Below, piece after piece: positions 8,995 through 17,742 of a DNA stretch of 38,356 bases. Numbering within the stretch: position 1 is the stretch's first letter; each line of letters begins with the position of its first letter. A program made the translations under genes and the position numbers. Under the pieces are notes generated by a model. That model was not told the DNA's origin, searched no databases, and saw only the letters and a program-made list of their open reading frames with translations. The stretch is from a virus (taxonomy: Duplodnaviria; Caudoviricetes). Where the stretch lies: the IMG/VR virus record IMGVR_UViG_3300033109_000110, positions 1 through 38,356 of that record. One strand, 5' to 3'.

Positions 8995-10167
8995 TCAGGT
9001 CACCAGGGAAAGCGGCTCGCCGGCAGGCACGAAACCGGGGTTCCGCACGCTGTTGCGGGTAATCAGGTCGTCCTCGCGGCCGGCACTGAGCCAGTCGTCA
9101 CCGTAAAAGTCATACGCCTGCACCACGGCCGGGCGCACCGCTTGAGGCACCACGGTGGTGATGCGCGGCAGGCTGGGCGTGATGGCCGCGAAGTGCGCCA
9201 CGGCATCCGTGCGCAACTGCACCAGGGCATCGGCCGATGCCTGGCTGGTGCTGGGGTTGAACAGCACCGCGTCAGTTCGGCTGACGATCTCGGCGCGCGC
9301 AGCCCGTGCATCGTCCACCGTCGCCGGCGTGGTGCTCGTCAAATCCATCACGCGCTGGGCCGTGGCGGCCTGCAGCATCAGGCTGCTGAAGGCGTCTCGG
9401 TTGTCGTTCTGCGCCAGGCGTGCAGACGTATAGACACCCGTGGCCACCGGCGGATTGCTGTAGCTGAACAGGCTCAGCACGTTGCTGCTGTTGCGCACCA
9501 GCAGCAGAATGCCGCGGGCCAGGCCCAGCGGGTTGCCCAGGGAGGACTGGAGGTTCTCCGGCAGCAGCGCACTGAGCGCCGATGTCGGATTCGCCCGAAT
9601 CCAGGCCAGGTTCCCCATGGCCATGCCCGGCATGAGCAAGGCGGAATTCACCGACTTGAGGCCGTCCTGTACCACATAGTCGGGTTTGCCTGAGGTGTTG
9701 AACTTGCGCGCGAAGTCGCCCGCGAAGGCATCGTCGCAGGCGTCGTGCTGGGCATCGAGCGCCGCACGGGTGTCGGCCGTGGCGGTGGGCTCCAGCTGCT
9801 GGCCCGCCTCGATGAAGGTGATGGCGATTTTTGCCATGCCCCCCTGCTGGGTGGATTCGGTGATCTGGCATTCGCCGGACACCACCACCTGCAGGGTCCC
9901 GTAGTACGGGTGCACGAGCTGGCCGGGGCCAGCCGCCTCGATCGCGCGGATCAAGGCATCGCGCTTGGCCATGTAGCCCGGCTCGACGACGATCGCCTCG
10001 ACCTTGTACTCACGGGCCTTGCGGCCCATGTCTTCCAGGTACGGAATGTCGCGCTGCGGGTACTCGTGCCGCGCGAGTCGCCGGCCGGCGGTCAGCGTGC
10101 CGCCATCGACCACATTGAAGGGAACGCCCCGGAACGAGGATTCCCGCAGATTGTCACGCCATGCCAT
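8995..10167 (-). CDS. DNA circularisation protein (Mu gp43/gpN family)
   Basis: WRDNLRESSFRGVPF, HEYPQRD..EDMGR, LVHPYYG and C-terminal RN..NPGFVPAG motifs. Confidence 0.9.
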   Translation of the reverse strand: MAWRDNLRESSFRGVPFNVVDGGTLTAGRRLARHEYPQRDIPYLEDMGRKAREYKVEAIVVEPGYMAKRDALIRAIEAAGPGQLVHPYYGTLQVVVSGECQITESTQQGGMAKIAITFIEAGQQLEPTATADTRAALDAQHDACDDAFAGDFARKFNTSGKPDYVVQDGLKSVNSALLMPGMAMGNLAWIRANPTSALSALLPENLQSSLGNPLGLARGILLLVRNSSNVLSLFSYSNPPVATGVYTSARLAQNDNRDAFSSLMLQAATAQRVMDLTSTTPATVDDARAARAEIVSRTDAVLFNPSTSQASADALVQLRTDAVAHFAAITPSLPRITTVVPQAVRPAVVQAYDFYGDDWLSAGREDDLITRNSVRNPGFVPAGEPLSLVT

Positions 10168-10168
10168 G

Positions 10169-11767
10169 TCAGGCTCCTGCCATGTACAGACCAGAGGAGA
10201 CGTCGATCGTGGTGTTGTCCGAGCCGGCGCGCATCTCCTTCACGCGCGGCCGGCCTTCAGCGTCGATCTGAATCTGAACGGTGTTGCGGATGTCCTGCCG
10301 TTGCCCCTGCGCGGCCTCGGCAGCAGTGACGTTTTTTGCGCGGTCGGATGCGAAGGTGAACTGGAACTTCTTGATCGAATCGGGCAGCAGGAAGTCTGGC
10401 GTGATCGTCTTGATGATGCCCAGGATGGCATTACCAAACGCCTGCCAGCCCTCCAGCCACACCTGGAACAGACCGTCGAAGAAGTTGACCTGGAAGACGG
10501 CCTTGATGCGCTCCCAGGCAGCGGAAACGTACTGGACGATGTTGTCCCAGTTCTTGTAGATGATCACCGCCAGGCCGATGACGGCCGCCACCAGCAAGCC
10601 GATCGGGTTGGCCAGCATGACCGTCCACAGCCCGGAGAGCGCGCTCATGGCCAGCGGGATGATGCCGGTGAAGTTGCCGATGATCCAGGCAGCCTTGCCG
10701 ATCGTGAAAGCCAACTGCCCACCCGCCAGGATGACGGGCGACATCAAGCCGCCGACCATGAGCAGCGTGGCGCCTGTGGGGCCCAGCACGTTGTTCAGCA
10801 TCTTGAAGGCGCCGCCGACGTTCTGCACCACGCTCCAGAGGCCTTCGAGCAGGTCCTTGCCGACCTCCAGGATCTCGGGCAGCTTCTTGAGGAAGGCATC
10901 GAACTTCTGGTCGATCAGTGCCCGGTTGGCCACGATCCACTTCTGGATGCCCTGCACGGTGGATTCGAGCGCATTGGCCAGCTTCAGGCCCAGCGCCATC
11001 TTGACGCCATCGAGCGTGCGCTGCATCCGGCGCCAGGATTTGTCGTAGTCGTCGGCCTGCTTGAGCTGCTCTTGAGAGAGCAGCGAGCCGTCGGCGCGCA
11101 TCTCTTCGAGGCGCTGGCGGTAGGCCTCCGCGCCCTGGTTCATGACATCCATGAAGATGGTGCCGTTCTTGCCCATGAGCTCGCGCAGGACGGCGTCTTT
11201 TTCGCCTTCCTTATTGGACTTCTTGAAGGCGTCGGCCATGCGCTGCATGACCTCCTCAGGCGCCATCTTCTTGAGCTGCTCGACGCTGATGCCGATGCCG
11301 GCGAAGGCCTGCGCCTGCTCCTGGCCGCCGTGGATGGCCTCGTTCATGGCCTTGCGCAGCTTGCCGATGGCGGCAGCGGCGTCTTCGGTCGTGCCGCCGG
11401 CCTCCTCCACCATGCCGCCATAGACCTGCAGGGTGTGGGCGTGGATCTGGTACCGGGCGGACAGGTCGCCGATCTTGTCGGCCGCTTCGGCGGCATGGTT
11501 GCCGAACATCACGATGGAGCCGACCGTGCCCGAATACAGGCCGCCGATGCCGACCATGGCGGCCCCCATGCCGAGGATCGAGTCCTTCAGGCCGCCGACC
11601 GCCTTCTTGACGCCGCCCAGGCCGGTGGCGTCATACAGCTTGCCCATCGCCTTGGACAGATCGCCCGCCGGCTTGGTGAGCGCCTCCATGCGCGCGCCGA
11701 TCTGGCTGAGCGTGGCCGTGGCCTTGTCAACCGCGGCAATGACAATTTCCGTCTTGGTCTGCGACAT
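10169..11767 (-). CDS. Tail tape measure protein (532 aa)
   Basis: Start reassigned to ATG 11767 (GGAG RBS; MSQTKTEIVIAAVDKAT); Ala/Gly-rich helical protein with ANPIGL..IYKNWD motif. Confidence 0.88.
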   Translation of the reverse strand: MSQTKTEIVIAAVDKATATLSQIGARMEALTKPAGDLSKAMGKLYDATGLGGVKKAVGGLKDSILGMGAAMVGIGGLYSGTVGSIVMFGNHAAEAADKIGDLSARYQIHAHTLQVYGGMVEEAGGTTEDAAAAIGKLRKAMNEAIHGGQEQAQAFAGIGISVEQLKKMAPEEVMQRMADAFKKSNKEGEKDAVLRELMGKNGTIFMDVMNQGAEAYRQRLEEMRADGSLLSQEQLKQADDYDKSWRRMQRTLDGVKMALGLKLANALESTVQGIQKWIVANRALIDQKFDAFLKKLPEILEVGKDLLEGLWSVVQNVGGAFKMLNNVLGPTGATLLMVGGLMSPVILAGGQLAFTIGKAAWIIGNFTGIIPLAMSALSGLWTVMLANPIGLLVAAVIGLAVIIYKNWDNIVQYVSAAWERIKAVFQVNFFDGLFQVWLEGWQAFGNAILGIIKTITPDFLLPDSIKKFQFTFASDRAKNVTAAEAAQGQRQDIRNTVQIQIDAEGRPRVKEMRAGSDNTTIDVSSGLYMAGA

Positions 11768-11782
11768 GGCGACACCAGAATG

Positions 11783-11808
11783 AAAAAACCCGCCAGCGGG
11801 CGGGTTTT
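11783..11808 (-). terminator. Intrinsic (possibly bidirectional) terminator after small moron
   Basis: AAAAAACCCGCC-AGCG-GGCGGGTTTT. Confidence 0.75.
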
Positions 11809-11826
11809 GATGAAGATGAGTGGGTC

Positions 11827-11988
11827 TCAGCTGAACAGCGAGATGAAGCCGTAGGCGAAGCGCCAGAGCACCCTGAGCAGGTCCCAGCCTATCCACAGCA
11901 GGAAGCCCCCGACGGCCAGCAGCACCAGGTGCTGCAGACCGACGAGGGCCAGCAGACCAGCAGGTAGGATGCGGCGCACGATGTTCAT
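11827..11988 (-). CDS. Small membrane protein (53 aa), moron-like
   Basis: Highly hydrophobic ORF between tail chaperone and tape measure, with own terminator and a -10-like TAGGAT 7 nt upstream. Confidence 0.6.
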   Translation of the reverse strand: MNIVRRILPAGLLALVGLQHLVLLAVGGFLLWIGWDLLRVLWRFAYGFISLFS

Positions 11989-11998
11989 GCACCGCATC

Positions 11999-12151
11999 CT
12001 ACCCCGCCTGGCGGGCCTTGGCAATCCGCTCGGCCTCCTCGGCCCAGAAGTCCAGCTCCCACGGTTCCATCTCCCACAGATCGCGCGACGGGAAATGGAA
12101 GGTGTAGGCGATCAGGACGACTGCGTCGCGCCAGTGCCGAGTCCCAAAAAA
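11999..12151 (-). CDS. C-terminal extension of tail assembly chaperone reached by -1 frameshift (P2 gpE'-like)
   Basis: WRDAVVLIAYTFHFPSRDLWEM..EL..W motif in the -1 frame downstream of slippery TTTTTTG. Confidence 0.8.
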   Translation of the reverse strand, partial: FFGTRHWRDAVVLIAYTFHFPSRDLWEMEPWELDFWAEEAERIAKARQAG

Positions 12152-12384
12152 CCGCCCACGACCTCCATGACCTTCATGAGGTCGCCAGCGTCGAGCTGGT
12201 CGATGGACGACGGCGGGACATCCGCGCAAGCAGCGGCCACGCCGTACAGGTCGCCCATCACCATGTTCTGCTTGATCGGGAGATCTCGCAGTTCCTTGGC
12301 CTTGGGAGGCCGCATGGTGAGCTGGGTAACCTGCGAGCCATGCGCGTCGATCGGCGTGGTGAGTTGGATGATGGTCTCTCTCAC
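12112..12384 (-). CDS. Tail assembly chaperone (Mu gp41/P2 gpE-like)
   Basis: GTG start 12384; LTMRPPKAKEL and IDQLDAGD motifs; follows tail tube. Confidence 0.85.
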   Translation of the reverse strand: MRETIIQLTTPIDAHGSQVTQLTMRPPKAKELRDLPIKQNMVMGDLYGVAAACADVPPSSIDQLDAGDLMKVMEVVGGFLGLGTGATQSS

Positions 12385-12385
12385 G

Positions 12386-12751
12386 TCACACCTGCTCGAT
12401 CTGGGCACCGATGAACTTCACCGCCGCCTTGCCGTCGCCCGACTGGACGTTGACCGGGGTGGCGAGCGAGGCCGAGCGCATCACCCACACCTGGCCGGTG
12501 TCGGCCTCGAAGGTGATGGACGCATTGGTGGTGCGGTTGAGCGCCGCGATGTCGGTGTCAGCCGACACCGCGATCTCGCACTCGATCTCGCCGTGCACCG
12601 GCTTCTCGGAGTAACCGAGGAAGCCGAAGTCGCCGACGATCGGCGTGCGCTCGACGCCGCCCGGGTTGAGCTTGGCCGAGCCCGGCATGCTTGCAATGGT
12701 CTGGCCGTTGACGCGAATGAACGCGCGGCCAAGGATCTGTTTTCCTGCCAT
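12386..12751 (-). CDS. Tail tube protein (Mu gpM-like)
   Basis: GRAFIRVNG, GGVERTPIVG and GYSEKP motifs; 121 aa following sheath. Confidence 0.88.
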   Translation of the reverse strand: MAGKQILGRAFIRVNGQTIASMPGSAKLNPGGVERTPIVGDFGFLGYSEKPVHGEIECEIAVSADTDIAALNRTTNASITFEADTGQVWVMRSASLATPVNVQSGDGKAAVKFIGAQIEQV

Positions 12752-12763
12752 GGTGACGGCTCC

Positions 12764-14248
12764 TTACAGTCGGAACTGGATCTGTGCCGCGAAGACGCGG
12801 AACTGGTTGACGATATTGGGCGGCAGCAGGACATCGACGCGGTTGACGTCGGTGCCGTTGCGGCCCACCAGCAGGTCGGCCTTGAACTGGTCGACGTCCT
12901 CCACCAGGCCGGCGTCTTCCCAGTCCAGGAACAGGGCGATCAGCTCGGCGCGGATGATCTTGGGCGTGACCACGGCCTGGCCCGGCGCGAACTGGGTGCC
13001 ATCGTTGGCCAGCTTGTAGCGCGGGAACTTCTGCGAGATCCGCGCACGCACCTGGTAGCGCAGCAGCGACAGGGTGTACATCGTCTCCACATCGCGGTAG
13101 CTCGGATCGACGATGCCGTAGCTGTTCTGCGTGTAGGCCGTGACGGCCCGCTCGACGATCACGTTGCCGCCAGCATCCACGATGGTGGTGGCGCCACCAT
13201 ACGACAGGATGTTGTTGCGCTCGGCGCGCGTGAAGCGCTTTTCGGCCGAGGCCGGCAGCAGGCCCGGCATGACCAGGGTCTGCAGAGGCCGAGCCGGGTC
13301 GATGGCCAGGTAGTAGGCTGCGATGGCGCCGCCCATGGCTGCCTTGACCCACAGGGGCATGGGCTCGCCGCCGGTCTCCAGCGTCCAGAACGTGGTGTGC
13401 GGGTTGTTGCGGGTGGACAGGAAGGTGTTGATGGTTCCGACCGTGCCGCGCAGGCCCATGTGGCAGTGGCCATCGTTCTGGTACATCGGCCCCCAGCGGG
13501 TGTCGAGCTCGGTCTCGATCAGGCCCAGGTTCGTGGCGTCGTTGAACGCCATGATGACGGTGTTGTACTGGGTGGCGCCGATGTTGGACAGCGCGGTGGC
13601 GATGCTCGGGTCACCGGAGCCGCCGGTCATGGCGGTGATGGCCACCGCGATGCCGGCCGGCGTGCTCTCGGAGAGCGGGTAGTAGTTGAGCCGCAGGTCG
13701 ATGTCGTTGCCCAGCGAGCCCTTGTGCCGGCTGGTCACCGTCACCGTGCCCACCGCGCTGGTGGCCGTCACCGGCAGATCAGCATTGGCGTTGATGGCGG
13801 CGGCGATGGCAGCGGCGATGGTGGCGGGACTGTCAGTGGCCGACACGGCCACTTGCACCTGGTTGCCGGCCACGTACAGCGCCAGCGTGCCGGCGGCCGA
13901 AGGGCTGCCCGTGACCACGATGCTGCCCGTGGCTTGCACGCCGGCGCCGGAGTCGGCGACGGGCAACAGCCAGGTCTCGATGTCGTTGGTGACAGCGAAC
14001 AGGGCAGCCACCATGGCCGCGCCGAAGGAGCCGCGGCCCAGCTTGTTGATGCCGTCCGCCGAGTTGCTGATCTGGACCGGCACGTTGGCTGCGGCCAGGC
14101 CGGCAGCCAGCATGGGCGCGATCATCAGGATGCGCTGCGGCATGTTGACCAGGCCACCGATGGCCTTGGAGTTGTCGAACTCCACGTATTGGCCAGGGGT
14201 CAGCAGGTTGACCGGGATCTGGTTGAAAGAGATGTTGTCGCCGCTCAT
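12764..14248 (-). CDS. Contractile tail sheath protein (Mu gpL-like)
   Basis: ISFNQIP..PGQYVEFDNS, DPARPLQTL, ERNNIL, KLANDGT and QFRVFAAQIQFRL motifs; ATG 14248 overlaps upstream TGA. Confidence 0.94.
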   Translation of the reverse strand: MSGDNISFNQIPVNLLTPGQYVEFDNSKAIGGLVNMPQRILMIAPMLAAGLAAANVPVQISNSADGINKLGRGSFGAAMVAALFAVTNDIETWLLPVADSGAGVQATGSIVVTGSPSAAGTLALYVAGNQVQVAVSATDSPATIAAAIAAAINANADLPVTATSAVGTVTVTSRHKGSLGNDIDLRLNYYPLSESTPAGIAVAITAMTGGSGDPSIATALSNIGATQYNTVIMAFNDATNLGLIETELDTRWGPMYQNDGHCHMGLRGTVGTINTFLSTRNNPHTTFWTLETGGEPMPLWVKAAMGGAIAAYYLAIDPARPLQTLVMPGLLPASAEKRFTRAERNNILSYGGATTIVDAGGNVIVERAVTAYTQNSYGIVDPSYRDVETMYTLSLLRYQVRARISQKFPRYKLANDGTQFAPGQAVVTPKIIRAELIALFLDWEDAGLVEDVDQFKADLLVGRNGTDVNRVDVLLPPNIVNQFRVFAAQIQFRL

Positions 14249-14418
14249 CACTCAGCTCCTTTTTCCTGTGCAGGTTGGGTGGGCTGGTCGGCCACATCGC
14301 CATCGGCGATACGGCGCAGCCAGAACGAGTCGTTGTCCGGCACATCGACGGGTTGCGTCACTTCGCGGCCGGTCACCGGGTCGCGCACGAGGCGCCCCGG
14401 TACGGGATAAATCTTCAT
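14248..14418 (-). CDS. Mu gp38/DUF2635-like small protein (56 aa, absent from ORF track)
   Basis: Hand translation MKIYPVPGRLVRDPVTGREVTQPVDVPDNDSFWLRRIADGDV...; GGAG RBS; TGATG coupling to sheath. Confidence 0.82.
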   Translation of the reverse strand: MKIYPVPGRLVRDPVTGREVTQPVDVPDNDSFWLRRIADGDVADQPTQPAQEKGAE

Positions 14419-14430
14419 CGGGGTCTCCTA

Positions 14431-14970
14431 TCAGACGGGGAGGGTGATGGTGGCGGCCGCGTCGATCTGGCCGTCGGGGACGGTGGGGGATGGCGGGTCG
14501 TTGCGAGGGCTGGACATGTCGATCTGGGCCACAGCCGTGGTGAAGTTGTCAACAACCGGCACCGGGCTCCAGAGGTACTTGCACTCGTATTCCAACGAGA
14601 GCGAGCCCTCCTCTACCCGGGCAGCGCTGGCCGTGTCCGGCTCGACACCCTTGTAGTCCCAGGTCTCGACCAGGCCACCCAGGGTCTGGTCATGCCCGAG
14701 CAGGGCCTCGACGGTTTCAGCCAGGTTGTCCAGCGTGTCGTCCAGATGCTCGTCGGCAGCGGCGTACAGACGTATGTACACCCGCACCGTGCGCACCTCG
14801 CGGTACTGGTCAACGTGGCGCTCCGAGGTTTCGGTGCCCGTCTCCACATTGGCAAAGGGCATCTTCTCGGAGTGCGTCGGCTGAACGCGGCCGGTGTAGA
14901 TGTTGGGCAGCCCGGGATGGGCCGCCAGCAGCTGCTTGACCTTGTCACGGATTTGCTTGCGAGCGTGCAT
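14431..14970 (-). CDS. Putative tail terminator/completion protein
   Basis: Position between head-tail joining gene and sheath; ARKQIR..V..LL and DDTLDNLAETVE motifs. Confidence 0.65.
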   Translation of the reverse strand: MHARKQIRDKVKQLLAAHPGLPNIYTGRVQPTHSEKMPFANVETGTETSERHVDQYREVRTVRVYIRLYAAADEHLDDTLDNLAETVEALLGHDQTLGGLVETWDYKGVEPDTASAARVEEGSLSLEYECKYLWSPVPVVDNFTTAVAQIDMSSPRNDPPSPTVPDGQIDAAATITLPV

Positions 14971-14971
14971 G

Positions 14972-15271
14972 TCAGACCTTCACAACTTCAACGCGCAGCA
15001 GGCTGCCGTCATCAAACGCCTGGGGACGCCCGCGCAGCCGGTAATTGACGGCGCCCACCGAGACCACCTGGTTCTCATCGATGCCGGGCCACTGGCCCAG
15101 CGGATAAGTCAAGGTGGTCTCGGTGGTGATGACCATGTCGCCCAGGATCATCGAATCCGGAGCGTCCACGATCACCTTCCCCGGCTGCGCAACGCCGCCA
15201 GTGGACGGGGTCCAGCTGGCGTCTTGCGCGAAGTCGGTGAAGAAATAGGCGAGGTTTTCAAACGACGGCAT
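14972..15271 (-). CDS. Head-tail joining protein (lambda gpFII-like)
   Basis: 99 aa beta-rich protein, FFTDFA..V..GAVNYRL..DDG pattern, position after capsid. Confidence 0.65.
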   Translation of the reverse strand: MPSFENLAYFFTDFAQDASWTPSTGGVAQPGKVIVDAPDSMILGDMVITTETTLTYPLGQWPGIDENQVVSVGAVNYRLRGRPQAFDDGSLLRVEVVKV

Positions 15272-15288
15272 GGCCGGCCTTCAGCGGA

Positions 15289-15606
15289 TCAGTTCGAGCC
15301 GCCAGCCGGCTTCTGGGCTGCGGCCTGCGCCTGGACGATGCCTTGGGCGATGGCATTGCCCAGGGCGATCACGTCGATGCCGCTGGCTTGAGCCTGGACG
15401 GCCTGCGCATTGCTGCGCGCCTCGTTCTCGGCCTTCAGCGCAGCAGCGCGGTCTTTGTCATCGGCGTACTGCAGCTGATGCTGCGCATCGCCTTCGGACT
15501 GCTCGAGGGTGACGATGTCGCCCTCGGAGTAGACCTTCTCGTTGCCCTTCTCGTCGCGCACGCGGAAATTGAAGCCGGCGCGAACCTCGTAACGCTTGGT
15601 TCCCAT
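15289..15606 (-). CDS. Hypothetical head-associated protein
   Basis: Strong AAGGAG RBS; directly downstream of major capsid gene; YSEGDIVTL motif. Confidence 0.7.
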   Translation of the reverse strand: MGTKRYEVRAGFNFRVRDEKGNEKVYSEGDIVTLEQSEGDAQHQLQYADDKDRAAALKAENEARSNAQAVQAQASGIDVIALGNAIAQGIVQAQAAAQKPAGGSN

Positions 15607-15642
15607 GGTGGAACTCCTTGATGGTTGGATTGGATGAACACG

Positions 15643-15666
15643 GGGCGGAGCTGGTGAGCTCCGCCC
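15643..15666 (-). terminator. Stem-loop downstream of major capsid gene (weak terminator or mRNA stabiliser)
   Basis: Perfect 10 bp stem GGGCGGAGCT-GGTG-AGCTCCGCCC; poor U-tract. Confidence 0.5.
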
Positions 15667-15698
15667 GGGATGCCTGATTCAGTCGATCAGGCGGGAGG

Positions 15699-17675
15699 TC
15701 AGGCCGTGAGGGCGTCCGACATGGTGGCGAAGCTGGCGGCGTGGCGCACAGCGATGTCCACCGACTGCATGGCGCGCAGCAGCACACCGCCCTGCTTGAA
15801 CAGGGTGGCGTCGTACGGGTTGGGCATGATTTCCAGAACGCCCCACTCGCCGATCAGCAGTTCGGACCAGTTGCCGAAGAAGATTTCCGAGCACACGCCG
15901 CTGGCGGTGCCCTTGGTCAGGTTCGAGCGCGCCTGGTTGGAACGGGCCACGGCATAGCCGTTGATCTCGCCCGGGGTGCCCGAGCGCTGGCCGCCGGGGA
16001 TGTTCGTCCACAGGTACTGGCCCGTGGTGGACTTGGCCTTCTTGAGCCAGCCGACCGTCTTGGCATTGGCCAGGTAGGCCATGCTGTCAACGTCCGCGTT
16101 GGCGCTGGTGATCTGGGTCTCCAGGTCGATCAGGTGATCGATGGTGAGCTGCGCACCGTTGGTGCCACCGACCACCGAGCCGATGCCCGAGACGTTGCCA
16201 ATACCCAGCGGCTGGCCAGCGCTGCCGCTGCCGGACAAGGCGGCCAGGTCGATACCCAGGGCGATCTGGGCAATCAGGTCCGCGCGAGCCAGCATCTCGA
16301 TGTCCGGGGTGGACTGCTGCAGCATCTGGCGGGTGATGGCCGAGTAGGTCCCGATGCTCTTGAGCGCCAGGCTGACCTTGTCGAAGGTGGCTTCGGACTC
16401 GGTCAGGTTGCTGCCTTCCGTCACCCAGAAGGTGCTGGAGGCGCCGGTCTGGCGCGGGATGTCCACGTTGCCGACCAGGCCGGACAGCACGGTGGCGCCC
16501 AGCTGCAGCACGCGGGCCTTGTTGCGCAGCACTTCGATGAAGCTGCCCGCCAGCAGGTTGGTGGCCACCATCGTGCCGCCGGTGGTACCGGCGCCTGCGG
16601 TGCCGACGGCGTACTGAGCGCGCTGGGCGAACGGGATGTTCGTCGGCATGAAGAAGCCGTCGGTGTTCTTGCCCATGCGCTTGCCGATGTCGTTGGACAC
16701 CTCGAGCTCGAAGCCTGCTTCCTTCCAGTTGCGGGACAGGACGGCGTTGATCGCGCGGATCATGGAGTAGCGCGCCTTCTCGCTGTTGCTCAGGTCGGGG
16801 GCGTAGCCGTCGCCGAGGTTGGCGGCAGGCTTGGCTTCACCACGCTTGAGCTGCAGGTCGAGGACGGCGCCGCGGGCCTCGGAGACAGTGGCGCCCTTCT
16901 GGATCAGGCCGGTGCGGATTTCGTCCGGCACTTTGTGGGCGCGGCACATGGCGTCGATCTCGGCGATGCGGTTGCGCTCGGCCTCGGCGCCTTGGGCGCG
17001 GGCCTGGGGTTCATCGATGACCGCAGCACCACCGGCGGACCCGCCGGCGGCGCCGTCGGTCGCCTTGTTTTGCAGGACGTGACGGTGCTTGAACATGGAT
17101 TGCTCCTTGGATTCGGCGGATGCCGGTTGCGGGGGGTTGCGCGTCTCGATCTCGACGCGCGCTTCATCTGCGCCAGCGCTGCGCCCGACGCCCACGGAGG
17201 GGTCGGCGGGCACGGTCACCAGCGAGATCTCGTAAGGCTCCCAATCGGTCGCCGTGTAGGTTTCCTCCTCGGTGTCTTCGATGAACTTGAAGACCCGATA
17301 CATGAAGGAGGCATTGACCAGGACGCCATCGGCGGCCTGCTGCATGGCCCAGTCGCCACGCTCATCGCGGCCGAAACGCACGGTGCAGTAACCGCGCTTG
17401 TCCGGGCCGAGCTCGATGGATTCGACGACGCCCAGGAGGTCGTCGCGGTCGTGGTTGAACAGCAAGGGCATCGAGGCCTGGCGCTGGCCCTGGCGCATCG
17501 CACCAGGTGCGTGGCTCAGGATCTCGGTGCCGTACCACATGTCCACCGGCTCCTCGGAGCTGAAGGGGAAGCGCAGGGTGCGCGCCTCGGTGTCCACGGT
17601 GCCGTTGCCGTCGGCGCGCAGCGTGAGGCTGCGACATTGAGGCCCGATTTTTTCGGGCCGCTGGCGGATCGTCAT
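15699..17675 (-). CDS. Fused HK97-type prohead protease and major capsid protein (658 aa)
   Basis: ATG 17675 with GGAG RBS; protease motifs LLFNHD and WEPYEISLVTVPADP; HK97-fold capsid motifs IPRQTG, FFGNWSELLIGEWG and DIAVRH. Confidence 0.92.
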   Translation of the reverse strand: MTIRQRPEKIGPQCRSLTLRADGNGTVDTEARTLRFPFSSEEPVDMWYGTEILSHAPGAMRQGQRQASMPLLFNHDRDDLLGVVESIELGPDKRGYCTVRFGRDERGDWAMQQAADGVLVNASFMYRVFKFIEDTEEETYTATDWEPYEISLVTVPADPSVGVGRSAGADEARVEIETRNPPQPASAESKEQSMFKHRHVLQNKATDGAAGGSAGGAAVIDEPQARAQGAEAERNRIAEIDAMCRAHKVPDEIRTGLIQKGATVSEARGAVLDLQLKRGEAKPAANLGDGYAPDLSNSEKARYSMIRAINAVLSRNWKEAGFELEVSNDIGKRMGKNTDGFFMPTNIPFAQRAQYAVGTAGAGTTGGTMVATNLLAGSFIEVLRNKARVLQLGATVLSGLVGNVDIPRQTGASSTFWVTEGSNLTESEATFDKVSLALKSIGTYSAITRQMLQQSTPDIEMLARADLIAQIALGIDLAALSGSGSAGQPLGIGNVSGIGSVVGGTNGAQLTIDHLIDLETQITSANADVDSMAYLANAKTVGWLKKAKSTTGQYLWTNIPGGQRSGTPGEINGYAVARSNQARSNLTKGTASGVCSEIFFGNWSELLIGEWGVLEIMPNPYDATLFKQGGVLLRAMQSVDIAVRHAASFATMSDALTA

Positions 17676-17685
17676 GGCGTTCTCC

Positions 17686-17719
17686 AAAAGAAAAGCCCGC
17701 CGGGTCTCCCTGGCGGGCT
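17686..17719 (-). terminator. Intrinsic terminator between portal and protease-capsid
   Basis: AGCCCGCC...GGCGGGCT stem followed by TTTTCTTTT on the minus strand. Confidence 0.7.
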
Positions 17720-17742
17720 GTTGCGGTTGCGGGTGTTGCGGG

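Noticed and set aside
11768-11992. N-terminal extension of tape measure given in the ORF track
   Set aside because: Runs through a terminator and the moron; ATG 11767 has an RBS and a typical N-terminus
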